Counted from the first letter of the stretch, positions 49,759 through 59,801 are shown. The stretch is 64,000 nt of DNA from Thiobacillaceae bacterium (GCA_040080135.1 JBEBIZ010000006.1:16829-80828), one strand, 5' to 3'. The notes: generated by a model from the letters alone, not told the origin. A program made the numbers and translations.

Positions 49759-50383
49759 TAATCAAGTGAATACTTATGGCTGGCAATCGTCGTCGGGGCC
49801 AGAGTCCTGTGGTTACATCACACCAGAAGTGCTACGCATATTGGGCATACTTAACGTCAACCATGTGTGTGATTTAGGTTCCGGTAACGGCGCGCTTGTT
49901 GGCGCGCTGCATGGTGCTGGCTATCGGGCTGCCGGTGTTGAATACGACAAGGAGGGATTTGAGATTGCCAAGAAGAATTACCCTCATTCCAACTTTTATA
50001 ATATGGGGGTGCAGGATGACCCGGCACCGCTGCTGGCAAGTGAGACAGAAGCCTTCGATGCAGTCGTTTCCACCGAGGTAATTGAGCATTTGTTCTCGCC
50101 GCACTTGCTCCCTGTTTTTGCGGGCAAGCTATTGCGGACAGGGGGATATTTGGTGATTTCCACCCCTTATCACGGTTACCTCAAAAACCTTGCTCTGGCT
50201 GTATTCAATAAATGGGACACACATCACACACCTCTCTGGCATGGTGGCCACATCAAGTTCTGGAGCCGCGATACCTTGACTCAGTTGCTGGAGGAAAACG
50301 GATTTAAGGTGATTGCATTTCACGGTGCGGGCAGGCTGCCATGGCTGTGGAAAAGCATGATTCTTGTGGCGCGAGTTGCTTGA
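49751..50383 (+). CDS. Class I SAM-dependent methyltransferase
   Basis: VCDLGSGNG, FDAVVSTEVIEH, ISTPYHGY and GHIKFW. Confidence 0.85.
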   Translation: MSNNQVNTYGWQSSSGPESCGYITPEVLRILGILNVNHVCDLGSGNGALVGALHGAGYRAAGVEYDKEGFEIAKKNYPHSNFYNMGVQDDPAPLLASETEAFDAVVSTEVIEHLFSPHLLPVFAGKLLRTGGYLVISTPYHGYLKNLALAVFNKWDTHHTPLWHGGHIKFWSRDTLTQLLEENGFKVIAFHGAGRLPWLWKSMILVARVA

Positions 50384-50393
50384 GAGACACAAA

Positions 50394-51239
50394 ATGGATC
50401 AAGTTATTTCTGTCCTCGTCCTGACCAAAAACGAACAACAAGATTTGCCCGGGTGTTTGCAATCGGTTTCCTGGTGTGATGACGTGCATGTGTATGATTC
50501 CGTCAGCACAGATGAAACCGTTGCCATTGCTGAAAAGTTTGGTGCAACGGTGACCCAACGTCCTTTTGACAACTGGGCCAGTCATCAAAACTGGGGTTTG
50601 CAAAACATCAAGTTTCGTCATCCTTGGGTTTTTTACATTGACGCTGATGAACGCATGACCCCCGAGTTGGTGAAGTCGATTCAAGCTGAGGTCACTAGAG
50701 CGGGTGAAAACGTTGCCTTTCGCGTGCAGCGGCGGGATTTTTTCTTGGGCACTTGGCTGAAACATGTGCAAAGTTCACCGTATTACATGCGCCTTTTTCG
50801 CCCTGAGAAGATGCGCTACGAGCGGTTGGTGAATCCCATCTCCATTGCGGATGGCCCTGTAGGTGAGGTGGCTGGATTTTTGGACCACTTCCCCTTCGGC
50901 AAAGGCATTAACCATTGGGTGGACCGCCACAATTCTTACAGCCAGTTCGAAGCACGGCAAATCATGAATAACCGACAACAAGGTGGTGTATTTAGTTTGC
51001 GGAAGGCTTTTTTTGCGAAGGATTTTCACGAGCGTCGCTACCATCAGAAGGAATTGTTCTACCGCCTTCCATTGCGTCCCGTGGTCAAGTTCTTGATCTT
51101 GTATGTCCTCAAGCGCGGCTTTCTGGACGGGCGAGCCGGCCTTACCTACGCGGTGCTGCAGTCCATCTATGAATACATGATCGTGCTCAAGGTGCGTGAG
51201 CTTGAGGCGGCTCAAGCCCAGCCGATTGAGAAAATATGA
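50394..51239 (+). CDS. GT2 family glycosyltransferase
   Basis: LTKNE, DS.STD.T, Q.NW and IDADE. Confidence 0.88.
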   Translation: MDQVISVLVLTKNEQQDLPGCLQSVSWCDDVHVYDSVSTDETVAIAEKFGATVTQRPFDNWASHQNWGLQNIKFRHPWVFYIDADERMTPELVKSIQAEVTRAGENVAFRVQRRDFFLGTWLKHVQSSPYYMRLFRPEKMRYERLVNPISIADGPVGEVAGFLDHFPFGKGINHWVDRHNSYSQFEARQIMNNRQQGGVFSLRKAFFAKDFHERRYHQKELFYRLPLRPVVKFLILYVLKRGFLDGRAGLTYAVLQSIYEYMIVLKVRELEAAQAQPIEKI

Positions 51240-51314
51240 TGCAGCCCCTGTGGCATATCCGTATTCAGCTATGTTTTTAATAACATCTGCAAGTTGGTCT
51301 GCTGGGATCAGGAC

Positions 51315-52562
51315 ATGAAAGTCCTGCTTTACAGTGCCAATTTCGCGCCCGAGCCTACCGGCATTGGCAAATATTCCGGCGAGATGGCCGCCTGGTTTGC
51401 GGCGCAAGGGCACCAGGTGCGTGTGGTTGCAGCGCCCCCCTACTACCCAGCCTGGCAATTGGGCGTCGGCTATGCGTGGCCGCCCTACCGGCGCGAGCAG
51501 TGGCAAGGGGTGGACGTGTGGCGTGCTCCCTTGTGGGTGCCGCGCAATCCGGGTGGCCTGTTGCGCGTCGTGCACCTGCTAACGTTTGCCTTGTCTTCCT
51601 TGCCAGTGATGCTGATCCAGGTATTTTGGCGTCCGAATGTGGTGATGACGGTGGCGCCCGCCTTTGTATGTGCCCCGGTGGGATGGCTTACGGCAAGACT
51701 TTGCGGTGCCAGGGCGTGGTTGCACATTCAGGATTTTGAGGTTGACGTGGCTTTCCAGCTGGGGCTGCTTAAAGGCAAGGCGATGCAGCGACTGGTGTTG
51801 GCTTCAGAGCGGTGGCTGATGAGGCGCTTTGATGTCGTTTCAACCATCTCCCGCAAGATGATGGAGCGCCTGGCCACCAAGGGTGTTACGCCAGAAAAGA
51901 TCTGTTTCTTCCCCAATTGGGTGGACATTGACCAGGTACGCCCACTGGCCAAACCAAGCAGCTACCGGGCGGAGCTGGGGATTGCGACCGACGCGGTGGT
52001 GATGCTGTTCTCTGGCTCGCTGGGGAACAAACAGGGGTTGATGGTGATCCCTGATGCAGCCCGGCGCCTGTTGCAAGTGCCCGGTGTTGTTTTTGTGGTG
52101 TGCGGTGATGGCGTCATGAAGCCCGAGCTGGAAGAGGCGGCCAGAGAACTGCCTAACTTGAAGTTATTGTCACTGCAACCCTTTACAAGGCTAAGCGAGT
52201 TGCTGGGTCTGGCAGACGTCCATTTACTGACCCAGAGCGCTGATGCGGAGGACCTGGTGTTGCCCTCCAAGCTGACGGGCATGCTGGCCAGCGGACGACC
52301 GGTGATTGCAACTTGCAACGCGGGCACCGAGATCGCGGTTGTCGTTCAGCACTGTGGGCTGGTAGTGGCGCCAGGAGATGGCGCAGCGCTGGCATTGGCT
52401 ATCGTACAGATGGTCAATGACGTTGCCACGCGCCTTCGGCTTGGTACACAGGCGCGCGCTTATGCGGAAACGAATCTTGCACGCGATTTAGTGCTGGGTC
52501 GGCTGGCGAAGAAGATGGCATCCAATTCATTGAAAGAAACAGATGAAACAGCAACAAACTAA
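51315..52562 (+). CDS. wcaI: WcaI-like GT4 glycosyltransferase
   Basis: NFAPEPTGIGKYSGEMA, PPYYP.W, HIQDFE, FPNWVD, SG..G.KQG and PSKLTGMLASG. Confidence 0.85.
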   Translation: MKVLLYSANFAPEPTGIGKYSGEMAAWFAAQGHQVRVVAAPPYYPAWQLGVGYAWPPYRREQWQGVDVWRAPLWVPRNPGGLLRVVHLLTFALSSLPVMLIQVFWRPNVVMTVAPAFVCAPVGWLTARLCGARAWLHIQDFEVDVAFQLGLLKGKAMQRLVLASERWLMRRFDVVSTISRKMMERLATKGVTPEKICFFPNWVDIDQVRPLAKPSSYRAELGIATDAVVMLFSGSLGNKQGLMVIPDAARRLLQVPGVVFVVCGDGVMKPELEEAARELPNLKLLSLQPFTRLSELLGLADVHLLTQSADAEDLVLPSKLTGMLASGRPVIATCNAGTEIAVVVQHCGLVVAPGDGAALALAIVQMVNDVATRLRLGTQARAYAETNLARDLVLGRLAKKMASNSLKETDETATN

Positions 52563-53691
52563 ATACCCTGATGCCGGTGAAATCGTGATCTTTCAACCAG
52601 AATTCGTTGAATTCGGCGGGGAAGAACGCGTCATATTGTCGCTATCGAGAGCGTTACATGCTCAAGGCAAACCACATTCTATTTTGTGTTACTGGGACCA
52701 GATTAACCTGGCCTCGTACGCTTCGTGGCCATTGAAGGTGAATCAATTAAATCCACCACGAAATCCCCTTAAAAAGGTGCTGTCTTTGCGACACTGCCTT
52801 CAGTACCTTCATAAGGTGGGCAGTCCGGTTCCGGTGTTGTTCAATATCCAGTCAGCCTATCACGCCGGTTTGGGCGCCACGGCGCCATATCATTTGCGTA
52901 TTCCGGATACATATAGCTTGCTCGGTTTTAAGCCAGACGGCGAGTGTGCAAGTACAACCTCTTTTGCAGAAATGCTTAAAACATGGCTCTCTACCGCTGT
53001 ACGCCATGTTGCTACTCGGCGCGGTATCAACAAGGCCAATCATTTTGTTACCAATACCGCTGCCCTGCGCGATGAAATGGGGCGGCTATATGGTCGCAAC
53101 GCCGAAGTCATTTATCTGGGCGGGTTTGGGGAACCGCGGGCCGATCTGCCAAAGCGGGCAAATCGGCCGATTGAATTGTTTACGGTTTCACGACTTCAGT
53201 CCAGCAAACGCATTGACTGGATATTGAATGCATTGGCGGAGGTTAATCAGAATGCTGGCCAATATCCGGAGTGGCGTTTGCATATTGCGGGTTCAGGTCC
53301 TGATCGGGAAGCACTACAAAATTTGAGCAACTCGCTGGGGCTTGGTGATGCGGTGATCTTTCATGGCTTTGTTAGCGATGAGCAATTGGTAGATTTGTAC
53401 GAAAAATCTCACGTGTTTCTAATGCCAGCCAAACAAGGCTACGGCCTGCCTGCCATCGAAGCGCTATATCAAAAGCTGGGCTTGGTGGTGAGCGCAGAAT
53501 CAGGCGTAATCGAACTGCTGGAAAACACTAACTGGGTCACCATAGCAAGGGACGGCAAACAAGGATTTGCAACCGCCATGAAGGAAATGTTGCACAGAGT
53601 GGGGCAACCGGAATTTTTTGATCAACCCTTGCCTGCGCTGCCGACAGAAGAAGTTTGGGCCAAGAAAATCATCGAATATTTCAGATGGTAA
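52543..53691 (+). CDS. GT4 family glycosyltransferase
   Basis: FGGEER, VSRL...KRID and QGYGLP.IEA. Confidence 0.78.
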   Translation: MKQQQTKYPDAGEIVIFQPEFVEFGGEERVILSLSRALHAQGKPHSILCYWDQINLASYASWPLKVNQLNPPRNPLKKVLSLRHCLQYLHKVGSPVPVLFNIQSAYHAGLGATAPYHLRIPDTYSLLGFKPDGECASTTSFAEMLKTWLSTAVRHVATRRGINKANHFVTNTAALRDEMGRLYGRNAEVIYLGGFGEPRADLPKRANRPIELFTVSRLQSSKRIDWILNALAEVNQNAGQYPEWRLHIAGSGPDREALQNLSNSLGLGDAVIFHGFVSDEQLVDLYEKSHVFLMPAKQGYGLPAIEALYQKLGLVVSAESGVIELLENTNWVTIARDGKQGFATAMKEMLHRVGQPEFFDQPLPALPTEEVWAKKIIEYFRW

Positions 53692-53701
53692 TGGAGAATA
53701 G

Positions 53702-54792
53702 ATGATGCAGAACAAGAAGCCTGAAGTAGCGATGAAAGTCCGGTTTAGTTCTTTGGACGCGATTAGGGGATTAGCGGCGATAGCCGTTATGTTTCTGCAT
53801 TATGCCGGGAGAAGTGGACTAGATTGGATCCCGCGTGCGTGGATGGCTGTGGATGTGTTTTTTATCATGTCAGGATTTGTGCTTACGCATAGCTATGTCC
53901 AGAAAATAGCGGGGGGTCGCCTAAATTTTCTGGGCTTTGTCAAAATTCGCCTGGTTAGGTTGATGCCGCTTTACCTGTTGGGTTTGATGCTTGGGTACGT
54001 AAGTATGACTTATACATGTGGATTGCCTGATGCAACCTGTGCGCCAAACGTCATGCCTGCATTAGGTATGGGAATGTTAGTACAGCCCTATTTTACAGAG
54101 ATTTTTTGGCCATTTGGGGTTGGTACACTGAAAACCCCATTTCCTTTAAATGGACCAGCTTGGTCACTTTATTTTGAGTTATTCGTTAATCTGGTATTTT
54201 TTTACTGGGTTGTAAGCACAAAATATAGGCATGTCTGGCTGGTAATAGGGTTGGCATTGCTTGGGTACGTGGCAGCCTATCACTTTAATGGCTCGGTCAA
54301 TGGCGGTTGGACTAATAGTAATTTTTACGTTGGTTTTCCGCGGGTGATCTATCACTTTTTTATAGGGGTGTTGATTTATACCCAGTATCAAAAGTATGGG
54401 TTCAACTCGAGAATAATTGCTCTCAGCTCAATTGCTTTGCTACTGGGAACTTACGCGATTAACTCAAGTTTAGTCAGCATGTTTTCCTTATTTGTATTAG
54501 CGCCATTTGTGGTATTGGCTAACGCCAAGATTACTTTCAATGACTATGCGGAGCGGTTATGCACTTGGCTGGGCGATATTTCCTACCCCTTATATATCGT
54601 GCATTGGCCTATATTCCAGTTGTTGTATTTGTTCGGACATCTGGAGGGTTTACCCCCCCCATCAGAGTGGCTGCTATGGGGTTAATTGCCGTGTTACTGG
54701 CTTGGCCGTTGGCATTAGCTGATAAAGCAGTGCGGAAAAGGTTCTCTCGAAAGTCTGGAGCATTAGCAAAGGTTGCGTTGGAAAAGCCATGA
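53702..54792 (+). pseudogene. Acyltransferase-3 (OafA-like) O-acyltransferase, frameshifted at a C8 tract
   Basis: SLDAIRGLAA, VD.FF..SGFV, W.L..E...Y and G..SY.LY..H motifs. Frame 1 stops at 54685. A last TM helix and basic tail (PPIRVAAMGLIAVLLAWPLALADKAVRKRF) continue in another frame to 54792. Confidence 0.75.
54653..54660 (+). repeat. C8 homopolymer at the frameshift
   Basis: TTA CCCCCCCC ATC. C9 or C6 would join the two frames. Confidence 0.9.
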
Positions 54793-54804
54793 ACAACATG
54801 AACA

Positions 54805-57048
54805 ATGAAAGCGAATAATTTCTCAATCAGATTGGTCGTGGCGAGGACGCTTTTTTGTATTCAAGTCATTGGGCTTGCCTTGTGTTCGCCCTATTCACTC
54901 GCCGATGTTTTACCTCCTGTTATTTTTAATGCGCCCCTGAGCGCCCGCCCCGGCGATATTGTCGGCTTGCAGGGTGAAAACTTTGGTGATGCGCCCGTGG
55001 TCACGCTCATGGGAAATGGCGGAGACAGCACCAGTCTGAACAAACTGGAAGTGGTGAATTCCTTTGGTACCGGCTGGGTGTCTTTCAAAATTCCCGCAAC
55101 GGCCACCGGTGCCTTGACAGTACAAGTCAGTAACGGCGCGGCGACGAGCGCCCCCATCGTGCTCAATGGTGCCCGCGCCTACCATCTGGATGCGCTGCAA
55201 ATTGTCCCGCGCGGACCCTTCCGACTGTTTGGGCGAAACCTGCTGCTGCCGGGCTTCACACCCGTAGTGACGGTGGATGGTTTGCCCGCTGTGGTGGATA
55301 CCCGCGCCAGTGATGAACACATGCTGATGGTTACCGCACCACGCGGCGTGCGGGCGGGCGGCAAGGCTGCCATTTCCGTAGATAATGGCAACGGAACGGG
55401 GCCGGCATTGCTGGACAGAGAGATTGAAGTGGCAGCCGGTCGAGGCGACCCCTTTGCTTTGGGCGTGGGTTGGGGCGCCGGGTTTTCCGCCATTGCTGCC
55501 AAAGTGGTGCTGGCTGTCAGCGATGCCAGGCTGGCCAGCAAGGTGGTGTGCAACGGGCTGGTTGACGACACCCCCGCCATTCAGGCGGCCATTGACCTGG
55601 TGGCTGTCGGCGGCGGCGTGCTGCAGTTGCCCCCAGGCACTTGCCGCCTGGCGGGCAGCCTGAAGCTCAAGTCCCGAGTGGTGCTGCAAGGGGCGGGCAA
55701 GAGCCGCACAGTGATCAGGTACGAAGCTCACTACCCACTTTGGGGGCACGGTCTTGATTTGGCCGGGGTGCGTAACTTGACGCTGATTAATACGCGTGGC
55801 CGGATTGAGAGCCCATTGTTGCAGAACAGCTCTCGCGTTTTTTTTCAGAACCTGAAGTTTATGCTTGGCGGCGGCATTCACATGTTCTTGACGAACAATA
55901 ACAATTTTGTCATCTCGAATACCGACTTCATTCAACCCAAAAACCCCGATGACTATGGACCTTACACGTTGGGCGGATCTGGTGGACTGGTTTTTTTCGG
56001 TAACACCACAACCTTCGCCAACGGATCACCGACTTTTTCCAGGGTGCATGATGCTTACATAGCACACAACCGTTTTACGCGTGACGCAAGAGACAACCAA
56101 AATTCGACGGGTGTGATTCATAGCTTGGCCATGGACTTTGCACATCGTATTGCAATCACAAATAACACCTTTGACGTACTCGGCGGCCCCATAGTGAATA
56201 AGGTTCGCAACGATGGTGAGACCCTGCTCACCGAAGGTGGCGGTGCACGACGTACAGAGAACCTGGGCACTGTCGCTAGCGCTACCGCGATGACGCTTTC
56301 TGACCCGGGTAACACGATTAACGTAACATCTTTTGAAGGGGGTGCGCTTCCAGAGAACTATGGCGTAGCTGTTGTCGGTGGCAAAGGCGCCGGCCAATCG
56401 CGCAGAGTCACCGACTATTCGCAAGGCACTTTGACGGTGGACAAGCCGTGGGATGTGGTGCCTGACACAAGCAGCCGGTATGCCACATTTGTTTGGGGGC
56501 TGGAAAAATCGCTCATCAAGGGCAATACGCTTATGCAAAACCCTCGCGGAATATGGCTCTATCAAACCGCCATTCGCGATGTCGATATTGTCGGGAACGT
56601 GATTCATGAAGGCGGAGGCATATACCTGCGTTCAGCACAGAATATCGAAGATCGACTATTTGTTCCCATTTATGGCGTGCGTATTGCGAACAACACAATC
56701 GAAAATGTCACCAGGGAATGGACGTCATATATCAACGTATCATTTGTACGAATGGACGCGAGTGATTTTGGGATTGGAACCATAGGTATTGAAGTAAGAA
56801 ACAACGAGATAAAGGCAAACACCCCTAACCTGGTTCTATCCAGTGAGGAGTCTGGCGGGGTGGAAGGTTATCTCAATCTCATGCGGTTTGAGGGTCAAAC
56901 CCAAGGGCAATCAAAAAACCAAACCCGACTGTTAGGTACGATTTTTCAGAACAACCAATGTATTGGATGTGACATCGGCGTGTTCGTGCGTGACGGTGCG
57001 AAAGGCACTGTACAGGATGGCAATGCAGTGATTGCTGCGCCACGCTGA
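54805..57048 (+). CDS. Secreted IPT/TIG plus right-handed beta-helix (pectate lyase 3-like) protein
   Basis: Signal peptide, Ig-like N-terminal repeats, DDTPAIQAAID...G..L.LP.G motif and Asn-rich parallel beta-helix repeats. Confidence 0.7.
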   Translation: MKANNFSIRLVVARTLFCIQVIGLALCSPYSLADVLPPVIFNAPLSARPGDIVGLQGENFGDAPVVTLMGNGGDSTSLNKLEVVNSFGTGWVSFKIPATATGALTVQVSNGAATSAPIVLNGARAYHLDALQIVPRGPFRLFGRNLLLPGFTPVVTVDGLPAVVDTRASDEHMLMVTAPRGVRAGGKAAISVDNGNGTGPALLDREIEVAAGRGDPFALGVGWGAGFSAIAAKVVLAVSDARLASKVVCNGLVDDTPAIQAAIDLVAVGGGVLQLPPGTCRLAGSLKLKSRVVLQGAGKSRTVIRYEAHYPLWGHGLDLAGVRNLTLINTRGRIESPLLQNSSRVFFQNLKFMLGGGIHMFLTNNNNFVISNTDFIQPKNPDDYGPYTLGGSGGLVFFGNTTTFANGSPTFSRVHDAYIAHNRFTRDARDNQNSTGVIHSLAMDFAHRIAITNNTFDVLGGPIVNKVRNDGETLLTEGGGARRTENLGTVASATAMTLSDPGNTINVTSFEGGALPENYGVAVVGGKGAGQSRRVTDYSQGTLTVDKPWDVVPDTSSRYATFVWGLEKSLIKGNTLMQNPRGIWLYQTAIRDVDIVGNVIHEGGGIYLRSAQNIEDRLFVPIYGVRIANNTIENVTREWTSYINVSFVRMDASDFGIGTIGIEVRNNEIKANTPNLVLSSEESGGVEGYLNLMRFEGQTQGQSKNQTRLLGTIFQNNQCIGCDIGVFVRDGAKGTVQDGNAVIAAPR
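56146..56231 (+). repeat. 86 bp direct repeat, copy 1 (inside the beta-helix gene)
   Basis: 84/86 identical to 58120-58205. Confidence 0.95.
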
Positions 57049-57193
57049 TTTGTCCAGTCAGGGTGGTTCCTCAGTGAAAAGAGGGTTTATACTTCCCACG
57101 AAATAAATTGACGAATTGGCTTCGTATTTTTTTGTATCAAACAGTGGAGCTCGCGGGCTGGTGAGTCCACATCTTGTCAACTGAAAGTCCTCC

Positions 57194-58093
57194 ATGCCGA
57201 CCACACTGCTGCGCACCACACATGACCATTCCCTGGGGCACCAGATTGACCGCAAGCTCGCGCGCCGCCTGACGGCTCAGGCACCGGCGCTGCGCGCCGC
57301 ACGAGGTGGGCACCGGATGGCGATCTACGCGAACGACCTGATCGGTATCCAGATCAACCAGTTCGGCCTGTATGAGCGCGACGCGCTGGAGCTTCTGTTC
57401 CAGTTTCTTGAACCGCTGAAGGATGTGTTTGCCCAGGGCACGGCGCTGGACATTGGCGCCAACATCGGCAACCACACGCTGTTCTTTGCGGAGCGCTTTG
57501 CCCGGGTGCACGCGTTCGAGCCGCACCCCACCACCGCCGAGCTGCTGCGGCTGAACACGCAATGGGCTGACCACGTGAGCGTGCATGCGCACGGCCTGGG
57601 CGATACACGGGGTCAGTTTGATCTGATCGAACACGCGGCTAACCTGGGCGGCTCGTCAATCCGCATTGGCGACACAACGGGCGGTCAGGTGCTGCCGATC
57701 GCCGTGGAACGGCTGGACGACCTGGCACTGGACCTTCAGGGCTTGCGCTTCATAAAGATCGACGTGGAGGGCTTTGAGGCGCAGGTGTTGCGCGGCGGCA
57801 AGGCCGCGCTGGCGGAGCGCCAACCCCTGGTGGTGCTGGAGCAGCACGAGAGCGAGTTCACCGAGGGTTCGACCGAGTCGATCCGCTTCCTGACCAGTCT
57901 GGGCTACCGCTTCTGCTGGCACCAGGAGCCGCCGATGGCGCGCTGGTGGCTGCTGCGGCGGCTGGATGAGCTGCGCGAGGCGATGGTTGGGCGCGAGCAC
58001 CGCATCGAAACCGCCACGGTGGTGCCGCAGCAGAACTATTCGATGCTGATCGCGGTGCCACCGCAGTTCGCCGTGGCACTGGGGTTGCGCTGA
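57194..58093 (+). CDS. FkbM family methyltransferase
   Basis: LDIGANIG.H, FEP.P, IKIDVEG.E..VL.G. High GC; start uncertain. Confidence 0.85.
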   Translation: MPTTLLRTTHDHSLGHQIDRKLARRLTAQAPALRAARGGHRMAIYANDLIGIQINQFGLYERDALELLFQFLEPLKDVFAQGTALDIGANIGNHTLFFAERFARVHAFEPHPTTAELLRLNTQWADHVSVHAHGLGDTRGQFDLIEHAANLGGSSIRIGDTTGGQVLPIAVERLDDLALDLQGLRFIKIDVEGFEAQVLRGGKAALAERQPLVVLEQHESEFTEGSTESIRFLTSLGYRFCWHQEPPMARWWLLRRLDELREAMVGREHRIETATVVPQQNYSMLIAVPPQFAVALGLR

Positions 58094-58119
58094 GTTGAAG
58101 CGGATGGCCCGTGGGCTGG

Positions 58120-58205
58120 CGTATTGCAATCACAAATAACACCTTTGACGTACTCGGCGGCCCCATAGTTAATAAGGTTCGCACCGATGGTGAGACCCTG
58201 CTCAC
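58120..58205 (+). repeat. 86 bp direct repeat, copy 2 (intergenic)
   Basis: An orphan copy of an internal beta-helix gene segment with two substitutions. Confidence 0.95.
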
Positions 58206-58289
58206 TGACCTACTCACCGCGCCAGAGCACCATGAACATTAATGTTGAGGGTAGAGTGATGCCTTGATGTTTTCGATAAGGACATAAAG

Positions 58290-58556
58290 ATGCGTACCAC
58301 GCTCACGATTGAAGATTCGCTTGCCAGTGAACTCAAAAAACGTGCGCTTGAAACCGGCAAGCTGTTCAAGCAGGTGGTGAATGAGGTGCTGTTGACTGGA
58401 TTGCGACAGAAAGCAGGGCGCAAATCGCAGGCTTATCGCCTGAAACCGGTTTCGCTTGGCGTGCCGCTGTCGTGCGTCAATCTGGACAGGGCATTGCTTC
58501 TTGCAGACGAGCTGGAAGACGTGTCGCTACGCGCCAAACTGGAGCAGCGAAAGTGA
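58290..58556 (+). CDS. VapB-like ribbon-helix-helix antitoxin
   Basis: MRTTLTIED.L...LK..A...G..FKQVVNE.L..GL. Confidence 0.8.
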   Translation: MRTTLTIEDSLASELKKRALETGKLFKQVVNEVLLTGLRQKAGRKSQAYRLKPVSLGVPLSCVNLDRALLLADELEDVSLRAKLEQRK

Positions 58557-58737
58557 TTCTGGGCACTGGGCCATCCTGCGCAATCTGCTGCTGCAAACCG
58601 GCATGGCGGCCAATCTAACGACCGATGCTCACATTGCTGCGCTGGCGCTGGAACAGGGGTACCGCGTTTATTCTGCGGACAACGATTTTCGTCGCTTTCC
58701 CGGATTGAAGCATGTCAACCCGTTGTCGGCTGGATAG
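58553..58737 (+). pseudogene. VapC PIN toxin with internal deletion
   Basis: GTG ATT CTG (MIL) overlaps the antitoxin stop, then joins out of frame to the C-terminal half HW.IL..LL...G...[14 protein letters not shown]...SAD.DF.RFPGL...NP. Confidence 0.78.
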
Positions 58738-58790
58738 GTCATATCCGGATTTCCAGACCAGTCGAATTTAGAATTTTCGGGAGAAAAACA

Positions 58791-59801
58791 GTGAAGGTTT
58801 TGTTAACCGGCGGGGCAGGCTATATCGGCTCGCATACCGCAGTGGAATGCCTGGCCGCGGGGCACGATGTCGTGGTGTTCGATAATCTGTCGAACAGCAG
58901 TCCAAAATCGCTGGAGCGCGTCGCGCAGATTGCGGGCAGGCAGGTTGAATTCGTGCAGGGCGATATTCGTGATCGTGCCGCATTGCGCACGCTGTTTGCC
59001 GATCATGCAATCGATGCGGTGGTGCATTTTGCCGGACTGAAGGCGGTGGGCGAGTCGGTCGAAAAACCGCTGCTGTATTACGACAACAATATCGTGGGCA
59101 GCATTGTGCTGTTTGAGGAAATGGCGGCGGCGGGGGTAAAGGCGGTGGTGTTTTCGTCGTCCGCCACGGTGTACGGCGACCCGGCGACGGTGCCGATTAC
59201 CGAGGATTTTCCGCTGTCGGCGACGAATCCGTATGGACGTTCCAAACTCTTTATCGAAGACATTCTGCGTGACATTGCGCGTGCGGATGCGGGCTGGAAT
59301 GTCGCGCTGCTGCGCTATTTCAATCCGGTCGGCGCGCATGAGTCGGGGCTGATCGGGGAAGACCCGCGCGGCATTCCCAATAATCTGATGCCGTTTGTCG
59401 CGCAGGTGGCGGTGGGTCGCCGGCCGCATCTCAGCGTGTTCGGCGGCGATTACCCCACGCCGGATGGCACGGGCGTGCGCGACTACATTCACGTGGTTGA
59501 TCTCGCGCGCGGGCATGTGGCCGCACTCAACAAGCTGCTGCAACTCGGCGGCGTGGAAACCTGGAATCTGGGTACCGGGGTCGGGGTGAGTGTGCTGGAT
59601 ATGGTGGGCGCGTTCGAGGCGGCCAGCGGCAACAAGGTGCCATACAAGATTGTGGCGCGACGTGCAGGCGACGTGGCGCAATGCTGGGCCGACCCGGCGC
59701 GCGCAGCGCGCGATCTGGGTTGGCGTGCGCAATTCGATCTGGCGCGCATGTGCGCGGATTCATGGCGCTGGCAACAGATGAATCCAGAGGGTTATGTTTG
59801 A
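58791..59801 (+). CDS. galE: UDP-glucose 4-epimerase
   Basis: [41 protein letters not shown] and [11 protein letters not shown]. Confidence 0.97.
   Translation: MKVLLTGGAGYIGSHTAVECLAAGHDVVVFDNLSNSSPKSLERVAQIAGRQVEFVQGDIRDRAALRTLFADHAIDAVVHFAGLKAVGESVEKPLLYYDNNIVGSIVLFEEMAAAGVKAVVFSSSATVYGDPATVPITEDFPLSATNPYGRSKLFIEDILRDIARADAGWNVALLRYFNPVGAHESGLIGEDPRGIPNNLMPFVAQVAVGRRPHLSVFGGDYPTPDGTGVRDYIHVVDLARGHVAALNKLLQLGGVETWNLGTGVGVSVLDMVGAFEAASGNKVPYKIVARRAGDVAQCWADPARAARDLGWRAQFDLARMCADSWRWQQMNPEGYV

Noticed and set aside
10150-57150. Shared 12-mer AAACAGTGGAGC at 10150 and 57139
   Set aside because: Roughly a hundred chance 12-mer pair matches are expected in 64 kb.
508-59732. Long antisense or alternative-frame ORFs (e.g. 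508-1593, 19011-20090, 21357-22328, 54910-55935, 58803-59732)
   Set aside because: They shadow well-supported genes, as expected with GC-rich codon bias, and contain no recognisable motifs.
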